A stretch of DNA of 64,000 bases from Phyllobates terribilis (lineage: Eukaryota), in the NCBI RefSeq assembly GCF_046119375.1, contig NW_027362761.1, forward strand, positions 1,051,458,001-1,051,522,000, given 5' to 3'. Below are positions 33,651-46,410 of the stretch, piece by piece. The notes beneath the pieces were generated by a model. It ran no database searches. It saw nothing but the letters and a program-made list of their open reading frames with translations, and was not told the origin of the DNA. How positions within the stretch are numbered: position 1 is the first letter of the stretch; each line of letters begins with the position of its first letter. A program made the position numbers and the translations under genes.

Positions 33651-34754
33651 TAATTATTCAAGCAAATTTCACAATCAAAAAGTCAAATGGCGCTCCTTCC
33701 CTTTCGAGCCCTATAGTGCGCCCAAACAGTATTTTTTCCCCAAATATTGGGTATCTGCGTGCCCAAGGGAAATTGCACAACAAATTTTGTGGTCCATTTT
33801 TTCTTGTTACCCCTGTGAAAATAAAAAAAATTGGGTCTAAAGTAACATTTTTGTGAAAAAAGTTAAATGTTCATTTTTTTCTTCCACATTCAAAAAATTC
33901 CTATGAAGCACCTGAAGGGTTAATAAAGTTCTTGAATGTGGTTTTGTGCACCTTGAGGGGTGCAGTTTTTAGAATGGTGTCACTTTTGGGTATTTTCTGT
34001 CATAAAGACCTCTCAAAGTGACTTCAAATGTGATGTGGCCCCTAAAAAAGTGGTTTTGTAAATTTTGTTGGAAAAATGAGAAATCGCTGGTCAACTTTTA
34101 ACCCTTATAGCTCCCTAACAAAAAAAAATTTTGGTTCCAAAATTGTGCTGATGTAAAGTAGACATGTGGGAAATGTTATTTATTAACTCTTTTGTGTGAC
34201 ATATCGCTCTGATTTCAGGGCTTAAAAATTCAAATTTTAAAAATTGCAAAATTTTCCAAATTTTCGCCAAATTTCCGTTTTTTTCACAAATAAACGCAAG
34301 TGATATCGAAGAAATTTTTCAACAATCATGAAGTACAATATGTCACGAAAAAACATTCTCAGAATCAGGGGGATCCGTTGAAGCGTTCCAGAGTAATTAC
34401 CTCATAAAATGACAGTGGTCAGAATTGTAAAAATTGGCCCGGTCATTAACGTGCAAACCACCCGCGGGGCTTAAGGGGTTAAAACAGGCTGTTGCTTACA
34501 ACCAGATGACATCCATTTACCCATGCCCAGATATTTTGCTGTCATTTTGACATTTTTAAGGCTGTGTTTGCATTAAGGAGATTGAAAGGGGATGTAAATA
34601 CAGTGCTAGACTTTTACACATCTTTTCTTGAACAATTAGAAGTTTAGCACCACTTGCAATTTGTGGCCAATCGATACGCTGCAAATCACATTTTGGGGAA
34701 AATTTTTATGAAGCTGGTGAATTTGCATTTCAATGGATTCAGTCCTCTCTAGTT

Positions 34755-36249
34755 CAACCTCTGGCAAAAATTATGGAATCACCGGGCTCGGAGGATGTTC
34801 ATTCAGTTATTTAATGTTGTTGAAAAAAAGCAGACCTCAGACATGGCACAAAACTAAAGTCATTTCAAATGGCAACTTTAGGGCTTTAAGAAACATTGAA
34901 AGAAATCAAGATTAGAAATGTGGTACTCAGTAAGGATAATTTTTTTCAGACGAAGCAGACCAAGCAGAGGGAAAAAATTATGGAATCACTCAATTCTGAG
35001 GAAAAAATTATGCACTCATGAAAAACAAACACACAAAATAATACTCCAATACATCACTAGTATTTTGTTGCACCAACTCTGGCTTTAATAACAGCTTGCA
35101 GTCTGAGTCATGGACTTAATGTGACAAACAGTACTCTTCATCAATCTGGCTCCAACTTTCTCTGATTGCTGTTGCCAGATCACCTTTGCAGGTTGGAGCC
35201 TTGTCATGGACAATTTTCTTCGACCAAAGATTTTCAATTGGATTGAGATCCGGACTATTTGCAGGCCATGACATTGACCTTATGTGTCTTCTTTCAAGGA
35301 ATGTTTTCACAGTTTTTGCTCTATGACAGGATGCATTATTATCTTGAAAAATGATGTCTTCATCCCCAAACATCCTTTCAATTGATGGGATAAGAAAACT
35401 GTCCAAAATATAAATGTAAACTTGGTCATTTATTGAAGATGTAATGACAGCCATCTCCCCAGTGCCTTAACCTGACATGCAGCCCCATATTATCAATGAC
35501 TGTGGAAATTTGCATGTTCTCTTCATGCAGTCATCTTTATAAATCTCATTGGAACCGCACCAAACAAAAGTTCCAGCATCATCACCTTGCCCAATGAAGG
35601 TTTCTTACAGGTCGGTTACAGACATTGACTCCAATTTCCTCCCATTCGTTCATTTGTTTTGTTGTGCATTTCCTGTTTTGGAGACATAATGCTTTAAGTA
35701 TCCGGTCTTGACGCTTTGATGTCTTCCTTGGTCTACCAGTATGTTTGCCTTCAACAACCTTCCCTTGTTGTTTAGTCCAGATTTTAGACACAGATGACTG
35801 TGAACAACCAACATCTTTTGCAACATTGCGTGATTATTTACCTTCTTTTAACAGTTTGATAATCCTCTCCTTTGTTTCAATTGACATCTCTCGTGTTGGA
35901 TTCATGTCAGTCCACTTGGTGCAGCAACTCTAACGAGCAGACAAACGAGCAGATCTAATTTGATGCAGGTGTTAGTTTTGGAAATGAAAATTTACAGGGT
36001 GATTCCATAATTTTTTCCCTCAGAATTGAGTGATTCCATAATTTTTTCCCTCTGCTTGGTCTGAAAAAAATTACCCTTACTGAGTACCACATTTTTAATC
36101 TTGATTTCTTTTAGTGTTTCTTAAAGTCCTAAAGTTGCCATTTGAAATTACTTTAGTTTTGTGCCATGTCTGTGACCTGCTCTGTGACATTAAACAACTG
36201 AATCAACATCCTCCGAGCCCGGTGATTCCATAATTTTTGCCAGGGGTTG
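34755..36249 (-). mobile_element. Tc1/mariner element (IR/DR type), internally deleted
   Basis: Termini CAACC(T/C)CTGGCAAAAATTATGGAATCACC at both ends, TA at 36250-36251; minus-strand remnants FQDNNASCH...SPDLNPIENLW; same family as 38236-39920. Confidence 0.88.
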
Positions 36250-36993
36250 TATATAAGTAATTATTAATTGTATTAATGAATCTTTAGAAAATGAACATTT
36301 TATATGAGCCTAGTAATGGCTACAACTGAGCGCAATAGTCAAGATTGATATATGGCAACAATTTAAGCATATATATATTTTGTGAAGTGTACCCTTATAT
36401 GAGAAGCTATTGCTTCATTGTTCTTGATAGCCTATTTATTAAGATCTTGTTTCAACTTCACTTCTGCATATAAAAATTACAATACAGGAAATGACACATA
36501 ATAGAGTACACCGAGTACAGCACATTTAAGTGATAATGATTCTGTTCTGTTGCTTGTCTTTCTTTATAGAAAAAAATACTGCAAACACATTTCATGCACA
36601 ATCACTTTCTATTGTAGCTTATTGTGAAAGAGGGAAAAATAAGGGTCCAGTGCACAGAAAAGCTCTTTTTTGATGTTATCTATCTAGTTTTCGCACATGT
36701 ACAGTAAGCAATAATATGAAGACTATATGAAACTTCAGAAATTAAAGGAATATTACATAAGTACTGACTATTCTTTTTCATCAGCTTTGTTTAGAGATAT
36801 CAACTGCTTTGTATTTCAACATTCATTTTTCATGTTTTATTAAAAAGCTTAAATCGGTGGCCAAAACACAACTTAATTTTTATCCTAAATCCCTATCTAT
36901 TAAATGCCATTATCTAAACTATTTTCTAATATACTTAAATTAAAACTTCCCTGCCTTCCCTGACTATACTATATTACATCTTTGCTTATTTTT

Positions 36994-37352
36994 TCAATTT
37001 TCATTTTGATGACAGTTCATTTGAGAAGCCCAGTACATGCTGGGATACTCAAAGGAAGCATCATTCAGGAGGCAAAGGCTGTGGTAATTGCCCCCTCCTT
37101 GTACTGAAGCATCATCAGTGTTAATCTTTTCAAGGCCTGGGCTAGTCCCTGCGTGCTGTGAACTGCGTGATTTGAACAAAGACAGTGCTCTCTCTTGCCG
37201 GCTCAGATCAGTAGTAACGAACTGGCACCAGAGTGCACTGTTAGTGTGTGTCATGAGATGAATACCTGGATATCAGAGACCAGTGCAGCCCCAGCAAGTG
37301 ATGTCAAATTTGACAAATACTCCAGGCAGTAATGTGTTGTACAACTTCAGGA
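36994..37352 (-). CDS. Candidate exon of an unidentified host gene
   Basis: Strong acceptor (long pyrimidine tract + CAG at 37353-37355), GC-richer than flanks; frame LKLYNTLLPGVFVKFDITCWGCTGL* continues after the TGA as YPGIHLMTHTNSALWCQF...HQNEN*. No family recognised. Confidence 0.25.
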
Positions 37353-37731
37353 CTGTTGAAAAGTAGAGTAAATTGAGAATTAATACAAAAATACAATTGA
37401 CAGGCAGAGACAGGGATATGGAGGGGCCAGTAGTAGTACCTGACTCTTTGAGATTGATCAGTGATATAGTATAGCTAGTATCAGTCTTAATGCATTTAAA
37501 TTATAATTACAGATTTTTTCACTAAAAAATGTGATAGAAAGCAGAAGTAAGACATCAATATAGTTTTTATAAAACAAAATCTGATATTCAAATAATGAGA
37601 AAGCAAGCAAAGATGTCTCCAGCGGGACCAGGGTTGTATATATCTTGTTAAAACTTCACTTTTAATTTCAAATTGTAAAAGCCAAGGATGAGTTACAGAA
37701 TGAGCAATATAGCGGCTCTTAGGTACAGCAC

Positions 37732-37768
37732 ATTCCAACGCGTTTCGGCTAAACCTTATTCATGGAAT
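37732..37768 (-). ncRNA. Minimal hammerhead-like motif with an A3-U8 core variant
   Basis: Minus strand ATTCC-ATGAATA-A-GG-TTTAG-CC-GAA-ACGCGT-T-GGAAT: 5-bp stem I, perfect ACGCGT palindromic stem III, GUU cleavage triplet. Confidence 0.5.
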
Positions 37769-38235
37769 AATCTGATATTAGTGTTAGATGGCGTGTTTGC
37801 TTCTCACAAGAAACTGTACAGAGTTTTTGCATTTTTGTAGGGGTAATAATTAAAAAAAAAAAAAAAATAGATAAGAAAATTCTCTAAAATCCAAACATTT
37901 ATTTGTGGCTGCCTAGCTCACAAAGTGTGCAAACATTGTTTTTTTGCAGATCTGTTTTACTTGTCAAACTTTACATCTGTATGCGACACACAAATACAGT
38001 GCCCTTTCGTAGATGTTTGCTTTTTGTTTGGTTAACAAACTACCTAACAAACTACCTTTTGTCATTTTTTTAAATGGGTTTAATTTTGGTGAAAAAATAG
38101 AAAAAAATGTAAAATAAACTACCGTAATTATTTAGCTGTGCACATTTGACAACTGTACACATCACACCTACACTGCAATCTGGTGCCACATTTTGCCTTC
38201 TATACGTGTTTCTACTTTCTTAGCATTCCTTATTA

Positions 38236-39920
38236 CAACCCCTGGCAAAAATTATGGAATCACCAGGCTCAGAGGATGTTCATTCAGTTGTTTAATGTTG
38301 TTTAAAAAAAGCAGATCACAGACATGGCACAAAACTAAAGTCATTTCAAATGGCAACATTAGGGCTTTAAGAAACACTAAAAGAAATCAAGATAAAAAAT
38401 GTGGTATTCAATAAGGGTAATTTTTTCCAGACCAAGCAGAGGGAAAAAAAATATGGAATCACTCAATTCTGAGGAAAAAATTTTGGAATCACCCTGTAAA
38501 TTTTCATTTCCAAAACTAACACCTGCATCAAATTAGATCTACTCGTTAGTATGCATCTAAAAAGGAGTGATCACACCTTGGAGAGCTGTTGCACCAAATG
38601 GACTGACATGAATCATGGATCCAACACAAGAGATGTCAATTGAAACAAAAGAGAGGATTATCAAACTCTTAAAAGAAGGTAAATAATCACGCAATGTTGC
38701 AAAAGATGTTGGTTGTTCACAATCAGCTGTGTCTAAAATCTGGACCAAATACAAACAACATGGGAAGGCAAACATACTGGTAGACCAAGGAAGACATCAA
38801 AGTGTCAAGGCCGGAAACTTAAAGCAATATGTCTCCAAAACAGGAAATGCACAACAAAACAAATGAGGAATGAATGGAAGGAAACTGGAGTCAACGTTTG
38901 TGACCGAACTGTAAGAAACCGCCTAAAGGAAATGGAATTTACATACAGAAAAGCTAAACAAAAGCCATCATTAACACCTAAACAGAAAAAAACAAGGTTA
39001 CAATGGGCTAAGGAAAAGCAATCGTGGACTGTGGACGACTGGATGAAAGTCATATTCAGTGATGAATTGCGAACCTGCATTGGGCAAGGTGATGATGCTG
39101 GAACTTTTGTTTGGTGCCGTTCCAATGAGATTTATAAAGATGACTGCATGAAGAGAACATGCAAATTTCCATAGTCATTGATGATATGGGGCTGCATGTC
39201 AGGTAAAGGCACTAGGGAGATGACAGTCATTACATCTTCAATAAATGACCAAGTTTACATTGATATTTTGGACAGTTTTCTTATCCCATCAATTGAAAGG
39301 ATGTTTGGGGATGATGACATAATTTTTCAAAATAATAATGCATCCTGCCATAGAGCAAAAACTGTGAAAACATTCCTTGAAAGACGACACATAAGGTTAA
39401 TGTCATGGCCTGCAAATAGTCCAGATCTCAATCCAATTGAAAATCTTTGGTGGAAGTTGAAGAAAATGGTCCATGACAATGCTCCAACCTGCAAAGCTGA
39501 TCTGTCAACAGCAATCAGAGAAAGTTGGAGCCAGATTGAAGAAGAGTACTGTTTGTCACTCATTAAGTTCATGCCTCAGAGACTGCAAGCTGTTATTAAA
39601 GCCAGAGGTGGTGCAACAAAATACTAGTTATGCATTGGAGTGTTCTTTTTTGCATTTGTTTTTCATGATTCCATAATTTTTTCCTCAGAATTGAGTGATT
39701 CCATTATTTGTTCCCTCTGCTTGGTCTGGAAAAAATTACCCTTACTGAGTACCACATTTTTAATCTTGATTTCTTTTAGTGTTTCTTAAAGCCCTAAAGC
39801 TGCCATTTGAAATGACTTTCATTTTGTGCCATGTCTGTAATCTGCTTTTTTTCAAAATCATTAAACAACTGAATGAACATCCTCCGAGCCCGGTGATTCC
39901 ATAATTTTTGCCAGGGGTTG
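38236..39920 (+). mobile_element. Tc1/mariner element (1685 bp) with degenerate transposase (~38615-39627)
   Basis: TA TSDs at 38234-38235 and 39921-39922; ~250-bp inverted termini with internal TATGGAATCA repeats; motifs FSDELR, FQNNNASCH, SPDLNPIENLW; TAG at 39172-39174 and frameshifts. Confidence 0.92.
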
Positions 39921-41399
39921 TACATTCTTTATGGCATCGGTTAAATAATTAGGGTAGAAAAAAATTGTCAAATTTAATTGTAGTGTTGTACAAAATGTAT
40001 GGTAAAATAAAAAATGATAGTGGCATACCATGTCTAGGAGTGTGGGAGCACCTAGCAGCAACAGCAGCAAGAAAACGATTGACACCAGTTGTCTAAGCAG
40101 TAATACTATCTAATCACAGGGCCCAATTGTCCTCCTTTGCCTCTGGCAAGCAGACTCGTGGGGAGGAAGTGTAGGGCGTTATGGAAAATAATGCAGAGCC
40201 CACACTTCAGCCACGACAGGATGATGATATCTCGAACAGTGATAACCATCAATTTGAGTATGTATTTTGCAAAGAACAGACTGCCTGATCACAGATGTTA
40301 AGATGGATGATTTCTGGACCCTTATTTAATTAAAAAAAGGTGAAAAGTTTAACAGTGCACTGTATTATCAAACAGGTTTGTTTGGTGACTTTGACACTAC
40401 TAATTATTAGTGATGAGCGAGCACTAAAATGCTCGGGTACTCGTTGCTCGGGTCGAGCAAATTGGAATGATCGGGTGCTCGACCCGAGCAATGAGCCCAA
40501 TGTAAGCCTACGGATAACTCGAGCCTTTTTCAGGCGGCTCCTCCCGGAGGTCTGCAGAGGGTCTAAAAATTGCCCAAATCAATGGGAACAGTGCTCAAAT
40601 GACAAGGGAACAGCATGGGGAAGACCCCTGGAAGCATTTCTGACTCCCAGGTCACTGCTGTCAATAACGTTGTCAGAGGTATTACGCCACTATTACGGAT
40701 TTACAATAAAACATACAAAAACGAAACCAAAATGGATTTTCCTGGGAAATATATTAAGGAACATCCTTTCCAGGGTAATGACTTGTATATAAGGCAAAAT
40801 AAATAACCAAAACCAAAAATACTCCTCCACACCTTGGGCTATGTTCACACGTAGCGTTTTTGATGCGTTTTTGCACTTTTGCATTGCTTTCAACAAAGAC
40901 AAATGCATTCACTGGTAAATGTCATTTTAACATTTTACAACCTTATCTGGCCATGTGGTGTGTGTGACACATCATCAGACACATGCGCACAGTGCTGAAA
41001 AGACATGGGAACAGCATGGGGAAGACCTCTGGAAGCATCTCTGACTCCCAAGTCACTGCCTAAAAGTGTTCCCATCATAAGTGATCCTTGGCGCATGCGA
41101 AGATGCCTCCTGCCATGCACCTTTCATTGCAGACTTGCAACAATCACCGTCCACGTCCTTGTCCCTGTGCAGCGTTCAGTTGTCCCTACCCCATTCCTTG
41201 GAATGCAAGCGCAAGTATGCAGCCAGCCACCCACCCACAGGCAGCAATAGTATACTGCCAAATTTTTGACAGCTGCTTGCACTTGAAATGTTGCCAGCAG
41301 TCGGCCCTCGCTATTGTTAGAGAGTCATCAGCCAGCTATGCTTTGTTGTTCCCATTATTAACAAGTGGGTCTCCTATACTGTTATTGCATATCCAGTGA

Positions 41400-42170
41400 C
41401 TGCAAGGGCTGCCAAAAATTTGGACGCAATCCAATACCCCTTTGAAGAGACATAGAGGAGGGTCTCAGTAAAAAATCGTTCCCATTATGAAGGAGCGGGT
41501 CTCCTATAGTGGTAATGCCCATGCTGTGACTGCAAGGGCTGCCAAAATTTGGGAAAAACTCCACTAAGAATTTAAAGACACAAAGAGCAGGGCCACAGTA
41601 ATGACAAATTCCATTTAGAAAGGAGAGAGTCTGCTATACCATTATAGGGTATGCAGCGAGTCCAACGGCTGACCAATTTGAGGAAAAACCCCACTAAGAA
41701 TTTAAAGACACACAGAGCAGGGCCACAGTAACAAGTACGACATGCTCCCATTAGAAAAGAGAGGGTCTGCTTTACAGTTATAGGGTATGCAGCGAGTCCA
41801 ACGGCTGACCAATTTTAGGTAAAAACCCAAAACAAATTAAAGACACACAGAGCAGGGCCACAGTAACAAGGTATGACAAGTTCCCATTAGAAATGAGGGA
41901 GTCTGCTATACAGTTATAGGGTATGCAGTGAGTCCAACGGTTGACCAATTTTAGGAAACACCCCACTAAGAATTTAAAGACACATAGAGCAGGGCCACAG
42001 TAGCGATAAATTCCCATTAGAAAGGAGAGAGTCTCCCATAGTGTTGGCCTATGCAGTGAATGCAAGGGCTGCCAAAAATTTGGAGGCACTTCAATGCCCC
42101 TTGAAAGAGACGTGGAGGAGGACCTCATAAAAAAATGTTCCCATTAGAAAGGAGCGGGCCTCCTATGCTT
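41400..42170. repeat. ~130-137-bp tandem subterminal repeats of the hAT element
   Basis: CCACTAAGAATTTAAAGACAC at 41561, 41691 and 41963, with a variant near 41826. Confidence 0.8.
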
Positions 42171-42458
42171 GTAATGCCCATGCACTAAGTGTATGGGCTG
42201 ACAAACATTTAGCCCTGGGTGGTAAACATGAACATACTGTTTAAAAAATTTTTTTTCACTGGCATCATAAACACCCTTTAAAAAAATTATGTGGGTGTTG
42301 CATCATGGACAACGGTCACCCTGGTGATATGGAGGTGGAGGGTGAGGAGAAGGAGGAGGACAAGAGCAAATAGACATAATCAGGAAGCATATACCCATGT
42401 GTGGGTGTGAAAAGGTGCATGGGAATACACCTCTCAAGAAAAGACACTGGATTTGAGT

Positions 42459-45400
42459 TTATTTTATGTTGCTATCATTCGGTGGTGTTGAAAAGTCTGG
42501 CCCAATCCAGCCCTTATTCATTTTTATAAGAGTCAACCTGTCAGCATTTTCAGTTGATAGGCTGATGTTATCAGTTATATTTCCATCAGCGGCACTAAAA
42601 ACCCGCTCTGATAAAATGCTGGTGGCAGAGCAGGCCAGGACCTCCAAGGCATAGAGACTGAGCCAGTTCATTCCACGTATGAATACCCAATAATTGGATA
42701 CCCAATAATTTTAAGGTACAGCGGAATCACGGAGGACATTGGTACGGTCGGCAAGGTACTCCCTCAGCATCTTACCAAACTTTGCACTCCTTGTGAGAGT
42801 ACCCCACGCCTCAGGGCCTGTGCGATGGGAGGGTGAGAGAAAACTCTCCCAGAACTTTGACAGTGTTCCCCTACCACTGCTGGATTGAAGTTGTGTCTCT
42901 CTCGCCTGTACTCCTTGGTTGTCCTACGAAGTGTGCCCTCTGCCGCCAGCGTTTTCAGATGGGATTTTTTTTAATAGTTCCGCAACAAGGACCTTCTGGT
43001 ACAGCCCCATTTTTGTAGACCTGTCCGCCTCAGGAATAAGACATATAAAGTTCTCCTTGCAGCTTGGGTCTAGAAGTGTCACCAAACAGTAATGACTGTT
43101 ACCCAAAATTTTGAGAACGCGAGGGTCATGGGAAAGGCAGCGTAACATAAAATCAGCTATGCATGCCAGACTACTAACAGGCAGGACTTCCGTGTCCTCA
43201 CCAAGAGGATGACTGACCATGATCTCCTCATCTTCCTCCTCCTCCTCCTCTCTGTCCTCTGGTTATCCATGCTGAACAGACGGTATGACAGCTGTGCAGG
43301 TAGTACCATCTATGGTGCATGAAACTAGCTCCTGTCCTTCCTCCTCTCCCTCCTCTTCCTCATTGTCACCCTATCCACGTTGGGATGAGATGAGGCATGG
43401 CTGTGTGTAATCACTAGAGATGAGCGGTGTTCGACTAGAACTGTTCGCCAATCTCAAATTCGAGCTGTTTTGGGCGGTGTTCGAGTCGTTCGACGAACGC
43501 GAACGATTTGCAAAAAATTCAGCTGTTCAAGGTTATGTTCGATAACTGTTAGTGCACCAAAAGAGTGTCCTGCATGTCTGGTGCTGTTTAGAGCACCAAT
43601 CATGCAGGGATTGTCTGCCACTCAATGTAATGCCACAGCCATGGTGGTTGTGGCATTACAGTGGTTGCCCAACTCGATGGGAACAGTGTTCACAGTGAAT
43701 TATGAAAAGCCGGCAATTCAGCAACGGCATACACCGGTACCCGACAATTTAGAACCGAAAGAATAGAGTATCACACATAGATTAGATAGATAGAAACATG
43801 GCAGTCACATATATAAGAAGTACTGTGACAGTGTTGGTTACTGTACTTGTCATTTAGTGTTAAAGGATTTTTTTTTAAAAATATTAGTGTTTTCATGCAC
43901 CGTCTCTTTAAAAAAGCCGGCCGGCAATTCAGCATCGGTACCCGACAATTTATAACAGAAAGAATAGAGCATCACACATAGATTAGATAGATAGAAACAT
44001 GTCAGTCACATATTCCTTCTTGTCTAAATTGTCGGGTATCTGTGTATGCCGCTGCTGAATTGCCGTCCGGCTTTTTTGAAGAGAGTGTCTTCTGAGCAGT
44101 TTGTCAGCTTTTGGACACCTTTGAAGGTGTTTTCTATGTGTTTCTATGTGTTTTTGTTTGCCTGCCATTGGTTTTAACGGTGTTCGACGGTGTTCGACGG
44201 TGTTCGACGAACAGTTCCACGAACATCCCGGTGTTCGACGAACCGAACTGAACCCGAACACTACGGGGGTGGCTCAACACTAGTAATCACCCTGTATGGT
44301 TCCTTGCTCCATCTCATCGTGCTCCTACAATGCATCCTCTTTTATTGTGATCAGAGAGCGTTTCAGAAGATAAAGAAGCGGGATGGTGATGCTAATTATG
44401 GCGTCATCACCGCTCACCATCTTGGTGGAGTCCTCAAAGTTTTGGAGTTTGGTACATATGTCTGACATCCATGTCCACTCCTGAGGTCTTATGTGTGATG
44501 TCTGAACTGAATACCGATGGCCTTGTTGATGCTGGTACTCAACAACTGCCCTCTTCTGCTCACAAATCCTTCCCAACATCTAAAGTGTAGAGTTCCAACG
44601 CATGGGGACATCAAACACCAGTCTGTGAGCTGTAAGCTGCTAACGCTGCTGAAAAACTGCAAGGGAGGCAGAAGCTGTAGCTGACTTTCTAAAATGGGCA
44701 CACAGGTGGCTTACTTTAAAAAGCAGATCCAGCAACTCTGGGTAGGATTTGAGAAACCGCTGAACCACGAGGTTAAGCACATTGTCCAGGCATGGTACGT
44801 GTGTGAGCTCGCCTCGCCTCTGAGCCGCCACCAGGTTCCGGCCATTGTCACACACGACCATGCCCGGCTGTAGGTTCAGCGGTGTGAGCCACTGATCTGC
44901 CTGCTCTTTCAGAGCTGTCCACAACTCTTCAACATTGTGCGGTTTGTCACCTAAGCAAATTAGTTTCAGCACAGCCTGTTGCCGCTTGGCCGAGGCAGTG
45001 CTGCAGTGCTTCCAGCTTGTGACTGATGTGGTCATATCGGAGATGGAGGCTGAAAAGGAGGAGGAGGCTGAGGAGGATGAGGTGCAGGAGCTGTAGACCG
45101 CGGGGCAACCCTGATTATCCTAGGGCCCGCAATCCTTGGTGTCGGGTGGACATGTTCCGTCCTAAGGTCCGACTGGGTCCCGGCTTCCACTATGTTAACC
45201 CAGTGTGCCATCAGCGAGATGTGCCATCCTTGTCCACAAGCACTTGTCCACTTGTCTGCGGTTAGGTGGGCCTTCCCAATAACAGCGTTGTTGAGGGCAC
45301 GGCTATTCTTTTGGGACACGTGCTTGTGTAATGCGGGTACGTCATGCCGGGAGAAATAGTGGAGGCTGGGGACCAAGTACCGAGGGACGGCTGCCGCCAT

Positions 45401-46257
45401 CAGGTTGCGGAATGCTTCCATCTCCCCTAGCCTAAAAGGCAACATTTCGAGCTCAAGCAGTCGTGAAATGTGAGAATTTAGTAGTGTGGCCTGTGGGGCG
45501 TTGGCTGCATATTTGCTCTTGTGTTCCAAGGACTGGGGTATGGACAACTGAACCCTGTGCTGGGACAAGGACATAGACATGCTTCCTGATGCTGCTACTT
45601 GAGAGTGCGCAATGACAGGTGCAGGGCAGGAGGCATCTTCGCATGCACCATGGACAGGGGATTGGCTTGCTTGCACAACAGCGGAAGAAGCAATGTTCTG
45701 GGACCCAAGGGTTCGGCCCACAAAGTCGGGTGCTTTGCTGCCATGTGCCTGATCATGCTGGTGGTGGTCAGGCAGGTTGTTTTGCCACCCGTGCTGATGC
45801 TTGCCTGGCAGGTGGTGCAAACTGCCGAGTCTTTAAAAAACAATCAGACTCTGGAAGACGTAAAAGTTGTACTGGCAACTTCCTTCGTGTTGGTGTTATG
45901 AGGAACAGTTGCCTGCCTTCTGTCTGCCGCCAACACTCTACTTCTTCCTGCCTGATGGTGTGCTCTGCCTCCCTGCTCCTGTGTGCTGCTGTCCTCACTC
46001 TTCATGTCCTTCTGCCAGGTTGGGTCAGTTACTATATCATCCACCACCACGCCTTCCACTTCCACACACTGGTCCTCCTCCTGACTTTCTGGCAATTGTG
46101 TCTCATCATCGTCCACCTCTTGTGACACTTTCCCACTGTCGCCTTCGTGTGACCATGGCTGCTCAAATATTTGGGCATTGCTGCACGCGATCTCCTCTTG
46201 CCCTGCTTCAAGTGGACCGGGCGAGAGGCTCGAATCTGTGGGTGTTTGTTGTGGCAC
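42459..46257 (-). pseudogene. hAT (ZBED-like) transposase, fragmented
   Basis: BED finger CTTC...RHMAAKH (45595-45843), HLTADKWTS, VVCDNG, C-terminal hATC SATSILSERVFSAA (42459-42671); multiple frameshifts and a nested insertion. Confidence 0.88.
43415..44282 (+). mobile_element. Non-autonomous hAT element (868 bp) inserted in the hAT transposase
   Basis: Termini TAGAGATGAGCG / GGCTCAACACTA; perfect 8-bp TSD GTAATCAC at 43407-43414 and 44283-44290; right ~200 bp equals the reverse complement of 57144-57342. Confidence 0.92.
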
Positions 46258-46410
46258 ACTTTCAGCGTGCCCACAGCCTTAACCTCGGCCTCTGCATGCA
46301 CCATTACCATCATGTCCAGTTCCCCGTCCCTTGCCACGTGCTTTGCCCATTTTAAATGGAGGACAGTATCTTCTACGCTCACTACAAATGACTGAGCTTG
46401 GAGCGAACTT

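Larger units (their letters stand above)
15276..34478 (+). mobile_element. Giant piggyBac transposon (19.2 kb) with internal satellite
   Basis: TTAA|CCCCTTAA at 15272-15283 and TTAAGGGG|TTAA at 34471-34482; encloses a piggyBac transposase; 3' subterminal ~900 bp shared with the element at 10033-13682. Confidence 0.88.

Noticed and set aside
20203-33856. Dozens of 60-76 aa ORFs (MCPNIGAPPQ..., MGGLVSKMGS...) on both strands
   Set aside because: They are by-products of the palindromic satellite, use non-ATG starts, and carry random stops and frameshifts between units; not a gene family.
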